This document shows, piece after piece, positions 23,021 to 33,744 of a stretch of DNA of 64,000 nt (the first letter of the stretch is position 1; the number at the start of each line of letters is the position of its first letter). The stretch is from contig CAZQVA010000001.1 in the NCBI GenBank assembly GCA_964596685.1, forward strand, positions 836 to 64,835, in the 5' to 3' direction. The notes beneath the pieces are model-generated. The model ran no database searches and was not told the DNA's origin. It saw only the letters and a list, made by a program, of their open reading frames with translations. The position numbers were made by a program, and so were the translations under genes. The DNA comes from an uncultured bacterium (GTDB taxonomy: Bacteria > Chlamydiota > Chlamydiia > Chlamydiales > VFKH01).

Positions 23021-26000
23021 ATGGCTTCGGGTATTAAATCGTTAATAAAGTGGGGTGCTAACGCTACTATTGGCACTGAAAACACGGACAAACTAGTTAA
23101 TACGATCAACAAGGTACAAGAAGTCTTACAAACAGTTGGCGATATTGGAGCTCAAGCCTCTGCGGGTCTGACTTCTCTAAAGCAGTTACCCCAAAAATGC
23201 ATAAAAGTTGCACTGCGCGCTGTGCTTGCCAATGCTACACTCGCTGGAAAGAGTAGCATGAGCGAACGCACTCTGCTCAATGATATTCGAGGTCTGTGTG
23301 CCCCTCATTTTCCTGTCTGTAAAGAATCTCAAGAAGCTCTTGTTGAACTTCTGCAAAGTCCTGAAACACAAGCCACAACCGCTTTTTTAACTTTTGCAGA
23401 AGATATCTGCTCTCGTCTTGTTCAAACTGAAGGACGTTGGCAAACGCTGGTGCAATCATTTGAACAGTTACCTTCTAGCTTTGAAGCAGCCCCTCATGCC
23501 ACTCAATTGACCCAAGAGGTGCAGCAATTACTTCAAACAACTCAAAACCTTCTTGCACCCCCACGTCCAGAAATAGCGCGTTTTGTAGGAGCTCTGCAAC
23601 ACTTATCCCGCGAGATTCAAGACAATGAACCTTTGCGCGAATTTGCAGATAAAATGCTCCGCGAGGGATCACTCTTGCAGGGCGTGCCTAATGATATTGC
23701 TGCTTTTCAAGCACATCGCACCTTTCTTATGCAAACTCCTTTGACCGAGGCAGCTCAAAAAGCCCTTAAACAGGCTGAAGATGCGTGCAATAACTTGCTC
23801 AAGGCAGAACTTATTGTATTTCTTACTGCTACCCCCGCTACAACAGAGCTATTAGAAAAAGCAAAAGAATGGGCAGAACATTGCTCAAACACTGTGCTTG
23901 GAACCGATATTAGCGATAGAGTAGAAGCAATTCACGAATTTATCTGTGCTCTACAAGAAATTATTCTCGACCCTAAAATTCAAAAAGATATCGACGTTTT
24001 ACTCAACACACCCGGCATCCCTAGTGACAAACTTAAAACACTCATTGCCGCCGATACTATGCAAGCCGATTCTTCTCTTCGTATCGATGCTTTCTTTAAA
24101 TCTCATCAAGTGTATCTAGGCTCCATTTGCCTGTCGGCTCCTGACGCTGTGGAAAACATCCCTTCACTCACTCCTCTCGACAGTTTAGCCACTGAAACGC
24201 GCAATCTGCAAAAAGACATCCTCCACAATGAGCAGTCAAGTGATGCTACAGTCGAAACTCCACAGACGCGCCATGCTGATTTAGAGAAAGAGAGCAATGA
24301 AGCTGTTAAAACTTTTTGCACAAACTCTGCTAACTACCTGGGCCTTGAGCTCTGTCGTTTAACACTGGGTGGTATCGAAGGAGATATGCGTACACACGCA
24401 AGTAATCCAATGGCATTTTTAGAATCGGGCCAGCCTCATTTTTTGCAATATTGGATGCGAAAAATGGTGTTCAATATTGGACAAAAACTCTCCTACCAAA
24501 TTATCAAACAGATTCTTTTAGGTAATGACTTTTCTCAAGATGGAATGATTCAAACCATCCGCCGCGTTTTAAAAAATCCAAGTACAACCTCACTTATTCT
24601 ACACAAGGCAATCGGCGATTTAACTAACTATTTCAAAGAGGATCGAGCATGGACTGCAGCAGATAAGGCTGTGATTCACAAAAAACTCCTCCAACTTCAA
24701 AGCTTTATCGTTGACCACTACACAACGCGCCCTGACTTCTCAGTATGGGGGCACCGCGCTCCCCTTCTAACATCAAGCCTTGAATCTCTCTGCTGGCTCA
24801 TTAAACGCTCAGTCCTCAAACTCTACCTCTATATGGTGAGTTTTCTTCCCACACAAGTAGAAACGCTCATTAAAACTCTCCATACCTATCCTCTACCTGT
24901 CAATCAAAGCGCTTTAGAATTCTTGAATTCCCTTCTCTCAGAACAGCCTGAAGGAGAGCAATTGATGCCCCAATATGATTTAAGCAAAGAGTCACGTTGG
25001 CAGAAGAGTCCTCAAGAATTAGCTAAGGCCTTCTTGCAATTTAGCACGGGCGTACCCACTGATACTCAGCATAATCCCTTAACTGATCCCCTTGCCTATA
25101 TCCAAGAGATGTTCGATAAAAATTTAACAGAACAAATTCTGCCAGAACATATTCAAATTGCACTCAATTCAATTTTTTCTACGCGTATGGAACTATTTGA
25201 AGAGCAAACGGAGAGGACCTTTACATCATTAAATACCGCAGTTACCACGGCCCCTCCTCTTCCCGATGCTACTGATCGTGAGCTTTATCCAGATGAGTTT
25301 GTTGAGAATCAAAACGTAGATGTGCGTATTCAAGAAACGAGCAAAAATGCTGTAAGCAAACTAGTCGATAGTGCATGGGAATCAACGTGGACTCATTACG
25401 GCGAACGCCTCCATATTAGATCACAAACACTAATTGACGAAGTTTTAAAAGCAACAGAAGAGTTACAAACTCTTATAGGTGATTTCATCGATAGCGAAGA
25501 GACCTCCATCTCTGCTGTTGTAGAAGGATTACAGCATTATTCTAGACGCCTCTTAAGTACAGATCGCCAAGTCTTCGAACACGTATTAGCTGAGATGGGT
25601 CAGTATGTCAATCAAACTCAAGCCCCATTACAGAATATTATACAGGCCACACGACTGATTCATCAAGCTGATAAAACACGCAAAGATACAAGCACGATTA
25701 TCGAGGAATGCCAACAACTCCACCGTTTATTTCAAAGCGACCTTGCGCAATTTAGTACTACTTTAGAAGAATTTTCCGGTTATCCTGAGATTAAAGAACA
25801 GTATCGCAATTATCAGAGGAATGAAGCAGACATTTGTGCATTGAAGAGTAAATTTGAGACAGCTCGAGCCTTATCAGAAAAAATGGGTGATCTGGCTCGT
25901 CTTCAAGCAACTGAAAGCGACGAAAGTCAAACAACACAGAACCCTGTACCTCCTGCTGCTTCGAAATGGAATCTGTTGCGCAATTTATTACGTGCTAACT

Positions 26001-26509
26001 CACATCAGACGCATTCGTCTCTTTCTACTAAAGAGTCATTGCAACGCGATATTGCAGAATTGCAAGCGCTCCTTCCTGCAAATGAACATGCAAATCCAGA
26101 GCAAGCAGCTGAAGTCTACGATAAAAAAATCAGTGAAAAAAACCAGATAAACGAAACATTAAAAAAATCGATTAATCTGCTCATTGAAAGCGAGATTACC
26201 TCACACGCTGAATCTGTTAGTGCTCTTACTGAAAAAATTCTTGAAACAAAACAAAAAATGCGCACGGAAAATAGCGAGCTCGCTCGAGCAAAAAGCAATT
26301 TTTCCTTAAAAAATACTGTCGTTTTGAAACTACCACCAAAAATCTCTCTCCTGGTGACAGAGGTTGATTTGGAAGGCAAATTAAAAGATGGTGTTTTGAG
26401 AAAGCGCCTGATGGACATGATTCAAACGCCCCGCAAAGCTCTGCTCAGCGAAGAGAAACACGTATACCGCCTTATTGGTTATGCGGCAGATTTAATTGTT
26501 CAAAGTTAA
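23021..26509 (+). CDS. 1162-aa orphan protein, largely alpha-helical/coiled-coil (effector or inclusion-associated candidate)
   Basis: Uninterrupted 3.5-kb ORF. The composition is Q/E/L/K/T-rich with heptad-like stretches (e.g. ESEITSHAESVSALTEKILETKQKMRTENSELARAKS). I recognise no catalytic motif. Confidence 0.85.
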   Translation: MASGIKSLIKWGANATIGTENTDKLVNTINKVQEVLQTVGDIGAQASAGLTSLKQLPQKCIKVALRAVLANATLAGKSSMSERTLLNDIRGLCAPHFPVCKESQEALVELLQSPETQATTAFLTFAEDICSRLVQTEGRWQTLVQSFEQLPSSFEAAPHATQLTQEVQQLLQTTQNLLAPPRPEIARFVGALQHLSREIQDNEPLREFADKMLREGSLLQGVPNDIAAFQAHRTFLMQTPLTEAAQKALKQAEDACNNLLKAELIVFLTATPATTELLEKAKEWAEHCSNTVLGTDISDRVEAIHEFICALQEIILDPKIQKDIDVLLNTPGIPSDKLKTLIAADTMQADSSLRIDAFFKSHQVYLGSICLSAPDAVENIPSLTPLDSLATETRNLQKDILHNEQSSDATVETPQTRHADLEKESNEAVKTFCTNSANYLGLELCRLTLGGIEGDMRTHASNPMAFLESGQPHFLQYWMRKMVFNIGQKLSYQIIKQILLGNDFSQDGMIQTIRRVLKNPSTTSLILHKAIGDLTNYFKEDRAWTAADKAVIHKKLLQLQSFIVDHYTTRPDFSVWGHRAPLLTSSLESLCWLIKRSVLKLYLYMVSFLPTQVETLIKTLHTYPLPVNQSALEFLNSLLSEQPEGEQLMPQYDLSKESRWQKSPQELAKAFLQFSTGVPTDTQHNPLTDPLAYIQEMFDKNLTEQILPEHIQIALNSIFSTRMELFEEQTERTFTSLNTAVTTAPPLPDATDRELYPDEFVENQNVDVRIQETSKNAVSKLVDSAWESTWTHYGERLHIRSQTLIDEVLKATEELQTLIGDFIDSEETSISAVVEGLQHYSRRLLSTDRQVFEHVLAEMGQYVNQTQAPLQNIIQATRLIHQADKTRKDTSTIIEECQQLHRLFQSDLAQFSTTLEEFSGYPEIKEQYRNYQRNEADICALKSKFETARALSEKMGDLARLQATESDESQTTQNPVPPAASKWNLLRNLLRANSHQTHSSLSTKESLQRDIAELQALLPANEHANPEQAAEVYDKKISEKNQINETLKKSINLLIESEITSHAESVSALTEKILETKQKMRTENSELARAKSNFSLKNTVVLKLPPKISLLVTEVDLEGKLKDGVLRKRLMDMIQTPRKALLSEEKHVYRLIGYAADLIVQS

Positions 26510-27483
26510 GCGCCTTTTTCAACGTGAAGTCGATTTAAAATTGGACTCACGTTTTTCAAGCAGGCTCCCGTTGGACAAGTTCTTAGACGGGGACAACGGC
26601 TTTTAAAAGTAATACCATAGGGACATGCCCCTTGAAAAAAGGGATGCCCAAGGGGAGCATATTTTGCACCGAGAGAAGGCCCAAAAACCCCATATGTCGC
26701 TATCCCATAAAGAGCTGCAAAATGCAGCATAAAGGAATCTACAGCAATAACAAGATCTTGATCTCGTAGTAACTCTTTGAGCGTCTGCAATGAGGGGCTG
26801 TCTACAATTCTTACAGGAGTATTGAGTGTAGCTGCAATTGCCCTCACATAAGCCATCTCTTTTAAGCCAACACATGTAAAGACCCACTCGACAAGCTCAT
26901 GCTTATTCTCTAACGCTACCAACCACTTTTTCCACTGCTCAATAGAAAAAGTCTTGTTCTGCCACTGCGTGCAGGGTGCGACCAGGATGCGTTTTAAAGG
27001 TGTTTGAGATATCTGACGCGGCTCTGTTGTCTGAAATTCAATCTTTAGAGGGCCCAGCAGAGCGGCTAGGTCGCGACGCACATTTTGACGCGAATTTAAA
27101 GTAATACGCTCGTCAAGAAACAATACGCTAGGCCATTCCGCCGCATTTTTAAAACCAAACCCTACCTTTTTACCTTTCACAAGGGCGACAAAAAGAGCCG
27201 ATTTACAATTTCCCTGTAAATCAATCACCCAATCATAACGCTCTTTTTGAACTTCTTTTTTTAATTTTAAAAACGAGCGCCACGAGTCGGGGTGATACCA
27301 TCGTTTGCACCATCCTTTGACATCAGGTGTGAAGAGATGGCGAATTTGGGGATGATCCTTTAAAATCCAGCTACACCGCTCTTCAACAATCCAATCTACC
27401 TCATGACCTACAAGCGAAGGTAAAAGAGCTAAAGCGTGAAGGATATCGCCAAGCGATGATAGCTTCACGAATAAGATCTTCAT
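26506..27483 (-). CDS. glycosyltransferase family 9 (LPS heptosyltransferase-like)
   Basis: 325 aa. The N-terminus MKILFVKLSSLGDILHALALLPSL and the C-terminal DSFMLHFAALYGIATYGVFGPS are typical of GT9 (RfaC/RfaF-like) enzymes. Confidence 0.85.
   Translation of the reverse strand: MKILFVKLSSLGDILHALALLPSLVGHEVDWIVEERCSWILKDHPQIRHLFTPDVKGWCKRWYHPDSWRSFLKLKKEVQKERYDWVIDLQGNCKSALFVALVKGKKVGFGFKNAAEWPSVLFLDERITLNSRQNVRRDLAALLGPLKIEFQTTEPRQISQTPLKRILVAPCTQWQNKTFSIEQWKKWLVALENKHELVEWVFTCVGLKEMAYVRAIAATLNTPVRIVDSPSLQTLKELLRDQDLVIAVDSFMLHFAALYGIATYGVFGPSLGAKYAPLGHPFFQGACPYGITFKSRCPRLRTCPTGACLKNVSPILNRLHVEKGA
26522..26556 (+). terminator. hairpin plus T-run after the 1162-aa gene (family-4 mini hairpin)
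   Basis: ACGTGAAGTC-GATTTAAAATTG-GACTCACGT followed by TTTTT. It lies within the last codons of the convergent GT9 gene. Confidence 0.4.
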
Positions 27484-28340
27484 CCTCGTCCTACTTTCAA
27501 GCGTAGCTGCTCAAGTGTTTTCTTAAAATCCAGAGGAATGGGGGCGACCCAGCGATAGGAAGAACCATCAAAAAGAATCTCCAGCTGTCTTGCATGAAGC
27601 ATTAATCGAGGTGCCAAAGTACTCCAAGGAGCATATGCATATAGGCGATCACCAATAATTGGGTGGCCAATGGATTGCAATTGCACGCGAATTTGATGCG
27701 TCCGACCTGTAATGGGAAGACAACGCACAACAGCAGCTTTTGAACTGCGTGAAAGTAACTGCCAAGACATCTCTGCATATAAGCCTGGATGGGGGGCCAA
27801 AAGCGCTTTCCAACGCATGGATGTGCCCTGTCGCACAAGACTTGATTTAATTGTTCCATGGGCGCTTGGCACCTCTCCTGCAACAATTGCCACATACTCT
27901 TTATGGACTTGCCGCTCTAAAAATGCTCGCTCCAGCTGCCGCGCACACATTTCATTTTTCGCAAAAAGCACCACACCGGTCGTCTCTTTGTCAAGGCGGT
28001 GGACTGCAATGAGGGAAGGGACCCTCTTCTTCAGAGCAGGCAGTAAATCTTCAACAACGCGGCATCCACTGGGCTTATCATAAACAAACAGCGCATCACT
28101 CTCAAAAAGAATGCGCTGTTGTTCACATGTGAGAGATTTCTTTTCTTGAGTTTTTAGCTCAATACGATCTCCTGCACGCACGTTTGTCTTACTAAAGCGC
28201 TCAATAGAGCCATTTAAGAGGACCATTCCTTCGTCGAGCTGCTTTTTAATCCACTGACTCGAATAGTCACTCGAAAGTTTCTGACGCAAGAAGCTCGACA
28301 GACGTTGATTTGCCTCCTGCGTGTTGATAAGCCACTTCAC
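27480..28340 (-). CDS. RluA-family pseudouridine synthase
   Basis: 286 aa. N-terminal S4-like domain, catalytic motif HRLDKETTGVVLFAK, and GRTHQIRVQL. Confidence 0.92.
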   Translation of the reverse strand: MKWLINTQEANQRLSSFLRQKLSSDYSSQWIKKQLDEGMVLLNGSIERFSKTNVRAGDRIELKTQEKKSLTCEQQRILFESDALFVYDKPSGCRVVEDLLPALKKRVPSLIAVHRLDKETTGVVLFAKNEMCARQLERAFLERQVHKEYVAIVAGEVPSAHGTIKSSLVRQGTSMRWKALLAPHPGLYAEMSWQLLSRSSKAAVVRCLPITGRTHQIRVQLQSIGHPIIGDRLYAYAPWSTLAPRLMLHARQLEILFDGSSYRWVAPIPLDFKKTLEQLRLKVGRG

Positions 28341-28346
28341 AATAAT

Positions 28347-29255
28347 TTAGGAACCTTCTGCAGTAAATGCGGCGCTGTCAATAGCCAATCCCATTGCATG
28401 CATTCCATTGTCGACATAGAAGGTAGTTCCTGTTACGGCACTTGCCAAGGAAGAGAGCATGAATGCCGCTACATTCCCTACTTCCTCCGCTTCGAGAGAT
28501 TTTTTTAATGGTGCATTTGCTTCGCCATAATTAATCATTTTCTCGATAAAGCCAATCGCTTTAGCAGCACGGCTTTTCAATGCTCCTGCCGAAATTGCAT
28601 TGATGCGCAATCCCCACTTACGTCCAGCTTCAAAAGCTAACGTGCGCGTATCACTTTCAAGAGCTGCTTTTGCAGAACTCATGCCCCCTCCATATCCAGG
28701 GACTGCTTTTTCAGATGCCAAATAAGTCATACAGAGGGCACTTGCTCCATCAGACATATGTGGACCAAAATGAGCAATGAAACTCACAAAAGAATAGGCA
28801 GAAGAACTTACAGCTGCCAAATACCCAGCTCTAGATGTACTCAGTAGTGGATTTTTAACTTCTGGACCATTCGCCAAACAGTGGACGAGACAATCTACAG
28901 TGCCAAAATCTTTTGCCACCTGAAGGGCAATTTCAGAAATTGTGTAAGCAGGGAAATCCTTATAACGCTTATTCTCACGTACTTCTTCAGGCACTTGCTC
29001 TGGATTGTCATAAACAGCATCTAAGGGGTAGATTTTAGCGAATTCTAATAGACGCCCATCAGATAGGCGGCGCGATTCATCAAATTTACCACTCTCAAAA
29101 CTCATTGTAAAAATCTTGTAGGCTGGAGGCCACACACCGAGCACCACCGTTGCACCTGCCGCATAGAGCGCTTTGGCAATCGCCCATCCATACCCTTGAT
29201 CATCGGCAACCCCGGCAACAAAGGCGATCTTTCCTTTCAAATCAATAGCTAACAT
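28347..29255 (-). CDS. fabI: enoyl-ACP reductase (NADH), long chlamydial/plant-like form
   Basis: [35 protein letters not shown] prefer ATG 29255 (GAGGA lies 6 nt upstream) to track start 29288, which overlaps valS. Confidence 0.93.
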   Translation of the reverse strand: MLAIDLKGKIAFVAGVADDQGYGWAIAKALYAAGATVVLGVWPPAYKIFTMSFESGKFDESRRLSDGRLLEFAKIYPLDAVYDNPEQVPEEVRENKRYKDFPAYTISEIALQVAKDFGTVDCLVHCLANGPEVKNPLLSTSRAGYLAAVSSSAYSFVSFIAHFGPHMSDGASALCMTYLASEKAVPGYGGGMSSAKAALESDTRTLAFEAGRKWGLRINAISAGALKSRAAKAIGFIEKMINYGEANAPLKKSLEAEEVGNVAAFMLSSLASAVTGTTFYVDNGMHAMGLAIDSAAFTAEGS

Positions 29256-29265
29256 GGCTTTTTCC

Positions 29266-32043
29266 TCATCCATTATCAATTTCTGCAAGCGTTCGCTCTT
29301 GCTGTTCTAGCTGTTTTTGTAACTGTTCCACCACATGAGGTGGTGCTCTTTCAATAAATTCCTTGTTGCCAAGTTGCACTTTCAAACGTGCAATCGCCTC
29401 GACAAACTTTTGACGCATCTTTTCCTTCTGAGCTGTAGGAACTTCTGGTACCATAACCCATACTTTGATCGCACCAGCTAACAATTTACCTGCTTTACAA
29501 TTTTCAGGCTCCTGTTGCACAAGGTGCAGACTCTTGCAACGCACTAAAGCCATAACCCTTGGCTCTAAAGACTCCAAAAGGTTTTTTTCACCAATGAGAT
29601 ATGCCTGTAAAGGCTCCTGCGTTGCGATTTTCAACTCACTTCTTAAATGTCGCATTGCATGTACTACTTCTTGGAGTTGTCTAAAAAGATCGCATCCATT
29701 TTGCGTCTCACTAGGCAAAGCAAGCTCTTTGGGAAAAGGAGCTTTAGCACAGCATTCTGATCCAATGGCTGCAGAAAAATCACTGAAATAAGGGCATCCA
29801 GACGGCTGTAAATCGGAAAATCTCGCTTTAAGCGTTGCAAACAGTTCTTCTGTAATAAAAGGCGCAACGGGGTGCAAAAGACGCAAGGCTTGCATTAAGA
29901 GCACCACTATCATCCATTGTTTATTCGTTTTCGCCTGCTGACCTAATTTACCCATTAAAGCTGGTTTTGCTAATTCAAGATAATAAGAACAGAATTCATC
30001 CCAGAAAAAGCGGTAGAGACTTGTCGCATAGCGGTCAAAATGGTAAGTGTCTATTGCCGAACGCACCTCTTTTGTCACAGTAGCTAGGCGTTGCAAAATC
30101 CATAGATCCTCGAAACCAAGCGCGTGAGAAAAACCAGAACCCTCAATATCTTGAATATTCATCAAGACGAAGCGCGATGCGTTCCAAATCTTATTTGCAA
30201 AGTTTTTATACTCTTCAAAGCGGCGTTCATCAAGATCAATTTGACGATTCTGTGTTGCTAAAGCACACAAAGTCATGCGCACAGCATCAGTACCATATGT
30301 ATCAATCATCTCAATGGGATCAATCACATTTCCCTTCGACTTGGACATCTTTTCCCATTTAAATTGCACTTCTTTAGGAAGAGTAGCGCCTGTTTCATAA
30401 CTGCGTCTTTCTTCCCCAATGCAATAAGCAATGCCTCCACCCACCTGTTGACGCCAGTAGGACTTGGCATAAATAAGACCATGCAGAAAGACTTGTGGGA
30501 AGGGCCATTTTTCATTCAGTAGGTGCGACATGAGCATCATCCGCGCCACCCAGAAAAAGAGGATGTCGTGTCCTGTAACGAGAACCGAATTGGGGTAAAA
30601 GGCTTGTAACTCAGGAGTTTTTTCAGGCCATCCAAGTGCTGCAAAAGGCCAAAGGGCAGAAGAAAACCACGTATCTAACACATCTTCATCACGCACCCAA
30701 TCTTCAGGCGCTTCTTGTACTTCTTGAGGGCCTCTTTCATCTTCGGAACAAAGCATAATTTCGGGATTATCTTTGCGATACCATATAGGAATGCGATGCC
30801 CCCACCATAATTGGCGGCTAATACACCAATCGCGCAAATTATCGATCCAATGAAAATATGTTTGGCGCCACTGCTCAGGAATCAGCTCAACGCCCCCCTC
30901 CTCCACAGCTCTTCGCAAATCGGGAGCAAACTCACTCATCTTTAAAAACCATTGCTTGGACAACATCGGTTCAATCACAGCTTTTGAGCGATAGGAAAGA
31001 CCCACTCGCTTTGAATGTGGCTGAGCTGCTTTAAGATTGCCTTGTGTTTTTAAAGCTTCTACAACGGCTTTACGCGCATCTGCAATGCGCATTCCTGCAA
31101 AATTTCCCGCGCGCTCATTCATATGCCCATCAAAGGTCATGACATTGATAGCTTCCAAATTATGTGTAAGGCCGATTTGCCAATCGTTCGGATCATGCGC
31201 TGGCGTGACTTTCACCGCTCCTGTACCAAATTCCTTATCAATGCGATGGTCAGCAATTACTGGGATCATACGCTCAGTTAAGGGCAAACGCACATGTTTT
31301 CCCAAAAGGTCTTTATACCTCGCATCATCGGGGTGCACCGCAACGGCCACGTCGCCAAAAAGAGTTTCAGGACGCGTGGTAGCTACGATTAACGACCCTG
31401 TTCCTTCTGCCGCTGGATATTCAATATGCCAAAGGAAACCCTCTTGCTCTTCGTACTCAACCTCATCATCCGCAAGAGCAGTCCCTGTCACAGGATCCCA
31501 ATTCACCAAGTAATCGCCACGATAGATCAACCCTTTGTCAAAAAGTCGCTTAAAGGCTGTGCGAACGGCTTGATTGTTTTTTTCATCCATGGTAAAGCGC
31601 AAACGCTGCCAGTCACATGAAGCGCCCAGACGCTTGAGCTGCGAAAGAATTGTTCCTTCGTTTTCCTCTTTGAAATGCCATACTCTTTTTAAAAACTCTT
31701 CTCGTGAATAATCGATGCGTCTTTTGTGCTCTGTTGCGATCAAGTGCCTTTCAACAACTGTTTGAGTTGAAATCCCCGCGTGATCGGTTCCAGGAACCCA
31801 CAGAGCTTCGTAACCATCCATACGCTTATATCGAATGAGAATATCCTGTAGAGTGTTCACAAGGGCATGGCCCATATGTAATCTACCTGTGACATTGGGC
31901 GGAGGGATAACGATACAATAGGAAGGTTTTGAGGAATGCGGATTCGCATGAAAGCACTTCGCCTGCTCCCAAAGAGCAGTACACTTGCTCTCCACACGCG
32001 TCGCTTCAAAGGCTTTGGATAGTTCTTGTTGTTGATTAGTCAT
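29266..32043 (-). CDS. valS: valyl-tRNA synthetase
   Basis: 925 aa. HIGH-type motif [20 protein letters not shown] motif KMSKSKGN, and a C-terminal coiled coil. Confidence 0.98.
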   Translation of the reverse strand: MTNQQQELSKAFEATRVESKCTALWEQAKCFHANPHSSKPSYCIVIPPPNVTGRLHMGHALVNTLQDILIRYKRMDGYEALWVPGTDHAGISTQTVVERHLIATEHKRRIDYSREEFLKRVWHFKEENEGTILSQLKRLGASCDWQRLRFTMDEKNNQAVRTAFKRLFDKGLIYRGDYLVNWDPVTGTALADDEVEYEEQEGFLWHIEYPAAEGTGSLIVATTRPETLFGDVAVAVHPDDARYKDLLGKHVRLPLTERMIPVIADHRIDKEFGTGAVKVTPAHDPNDWQIGLTHNLEAINVMTFDGHMNERAGNFAGMRIADARKAVVEALKTQGNLKAAQPHSKRVGLSYRSKAVIEPMLSKQWFLKMSEFAPDLRRAVEEGGVELIPEQWRQTYFHWIDNLRDWCISRQLWWGHRIPIWYRKDNPEIMLCSEDERGPQEVQEAPEDWVRDEDVLDTWFSSALWPFAALGWPEKTPELQAFYPNSVLVTGHDILFFWVARMMLMSHLLNEKWPFPQVFLHGLIYAKSYWRQQVGGGIAYCIGEERRSYETGATLPKEVQFKWEKMSKSKGNVIDPIEMIDTYGTDAVRMTLCALATQNRQIDLDERRFEEYKNFANKIWNASRFVLMNIQDIEGSGFSHALGFEDLWILQRLATVTKEVRSAIDTYHFDRYATSLYRFFWDEFCSYYLELAKPALMGKLGQQAKTNKQWMIVVLLMQALRLLHPVAPFITEELFATLKARFSDLQPSGCPYFSDFSAAIGSECCAKAPFPKELALPSETQNGCDLFRQLQEVVHAMRHLRSELKIATQEPLQAYLIGEKNLLESLEPRVMALVRCKSLHLVQQEPENCKAGKLLAGAIKVWVMVPEVPTAQKEKMRQKFVEAIARLKVQLGNKEFIERAPPHVVEQLQKQLEQQERTLAEIDNG

Positions 32044-32127
32044 TGCCGTCTTTTTCCAAATTTTGACGCAATTATACCGCGTTACTCAGTGAAAAGTGTA
32101 CTAAAATCCAGTTTTTACAGACTCACT

Positions 32128-33567
32128 CTACTTTATTCTTCCATAGATATCTTCCAGGCGGATGATATCATCCTCACCCACATATTCACCCGTCTGCACT
32201 TCAATAATAACTAAATCCTTATCTCCTGGATTCACAAGACGATGTCGCGTTTGCTTGGGAATAAAAGTCGATTCGCTCACATTGAGTATGTATTCTTTAT
32301 CACCATTCGTCACCTGGGCTATCCCTTCTACCACCACCCAGTGCTCACTGCGATGTTGATGAAATTGCAGAGAAAGTGCTGCTGATGGCTTAACAACGAT
32401 TCTTTTGATTTTGAAGATCACCCCATCTTCAAGAACCGTATATGAACCCCACGGACGAATCACTGTGCGATGCGTCGAGTAGCTCTCATGAGCCCTCTCT
32501 TTAAGTTGTTGCACGACCTCTTTTACTTCTTGTGCACGCTCGCGATGGGTAATAAGGAGGGCATCTGGCGTATCGATAATCGCAAGATTATTAATCCCGA
32601 TGGAAGCGATCAGCCGGCCATCGCTATGAATGAAATTATTATTTGAGTCAATCGTGATCGCTTCACCCACGATACTATTGCCATTGTGATCGCTCGGATA
32701 TAACTGTTTATAGGCTTCCCAGGAGCCAATATCCCTCCAGCCTGATTCACAGCGAACTACAGAGATATTTTTCGCCTTTTCCATGATTGCATAATCAATA
32801 GAGTTAGCAGGTATTTCCTCAAAACTTTCTACATCCAGTTCAATAGCCGATTGGTTGTGACATTTTCTTTGCGTAATCTCCCAGCATTTTTTGGCGCCGT
32901 GCAAAATGTCTGGAGCATGCAGCAAAAAGGCATCTAAAACAACCTTTGCACCAAAACAAAACATCCCCGAATTCCATAAATGGCGTCCAGATGCGAGATA
33001 TTCACAAGCTAAGGCATGCGATGGTTTCTCTATAAAACGTATCACTTCATAATCCTGCCCACACTCAATATATCCAAATCCCGTTTCTGGAGTAGCAGGA
33101 GTAATCCCAAAGGTCACCAGCTTGCTAGATGCCAACTGAAAAGCCTCGTGGCAAGAGGACGCAAAGCCATCAGCATCCTCAATCAAATGATCTGCGGGCA
33201 GAACAAGTAGTATTGCCTCATCGCCATAACGTGCTTGAATCTGTAACGCGGCAAGTGCAATGGCGGCAGCAGTACTTCTTGCGCATGGCTCTAGCAAATA
33301 AGTCGCTGAAATAGCAGTTTTGTCAGTTTTAGGAGTTTTAGCATATTCCGCTTGGCTCTTGAGGTAATACTCTTTATTCGTAATTGTCATGATCTCTTTT
33401 ACGCCCGCTAGTAGAGACGCCCGCAACCATGTTTTTTGCAGCAATGTTTGTCCATCTGGTAAGGCGACAAAGGGTTTGGGGTGAGATTCACGAGAAATAG
33501 GCCATAGGCGGCTGCCTATCCCGCCCGACAAGATCACTGGGATAATTACATCATGAGACATTGGCAC
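32128..33567 (-). CDS. manC: mannose-1-phosphate guanylyltransferase / mannose-6-phosphate isomerase (type II, bifunctional)
   Basis: 479 aa. The nucleotidyltransferase N-terminus is ILSGGIGSRLWPISR. The C-terminus is a cupin (FHQHRSEHWVVVEG...IPKQTRHRLVNPG). Confidence 0.93.
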   Translation of the reverse strand: MPMSHDVIIPVILSGGIGSRLWPISRESHPKPFVALPDGQTLLQKTWLRASLLAGVKEIMTITNKEYYLKSQAEYAKTPKTDKTAISATYLLEPCARSTAAAIALAALQIQARYGDEAILLVLPADHLIEDADGFASSCHEAFQLASSKLVTFGITPATPETGFGYIECGQDYEVIRFIEKPSHALACEYLASGRHLWNSGMFCFGAKVVLDAFLLHAPDILHGAKKCWEITQRKCHNQSAIELDVESFEEIPANSIDYAIMEKAKNISVVRCESGWRDIGSWEAYKQLYPSDHNGNSIVGEAITIDSNNNFIHSDGRLIASIGINNLAIIDTPDALLITHRERAQEVKEVVQQLKERAHESYSTHRTVIRPWGSYTVLEDGVIFKIKRIVVKPSAALSLQFHQHRSEHWVVVEGIAQVTNGDKEYILNVSESTFIPKQTRHRLVNPGDKDLVIIEVQTGEYVGEDDIIRLEDIYGRIK

Positions 33568-33703
33568 CTAAAAGGTTCTTGGAACTGGAGTTAAGACAAA
33601 ATTAAGTGTTAAACTGGGCTTTTGCTTAAACCCCCTTTAGAAATGGCGTTTCGAAAGCAATCTATTATGCAGATCGTCTAAATTGAAACAAGCCATATTA
33701 CAC

Positions 33704-33727
33704 ATGAGCTCGACTTTAAATCGATTT
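33704..33727 (+). repeat. repeat family 4 solo end
   Basis: ATGAGCTCGACTTTAAATCGATTT matches the family-4 terminal sequence (compare the reverse complement of 48642-48664 and of 47880-47905). Confidence 0.5.
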
Positions 33728-33744
33728 TTGGTAAACTATTTGCC

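Noticed and set aside
31037-31513. 158-aa plus-strand ORF inside valS, and similar antisense ORFs inside ftsH (45097-45921), omcB (42404-43549), the 1162-aa gene and the SNF2 gene
   Set aside because: All are embedded antisense in strongly supported genes. They have Ser/Arg/Cys-rich compositions typical of antisense frames and no RBS.
32097-32113. Family-3 repeat copy upstream of valS
   Set aside because: It is only a match of about 15 nt with an indel to the family terminus. That is too weak to list as a feature, so it is mentioned only as supporting context.
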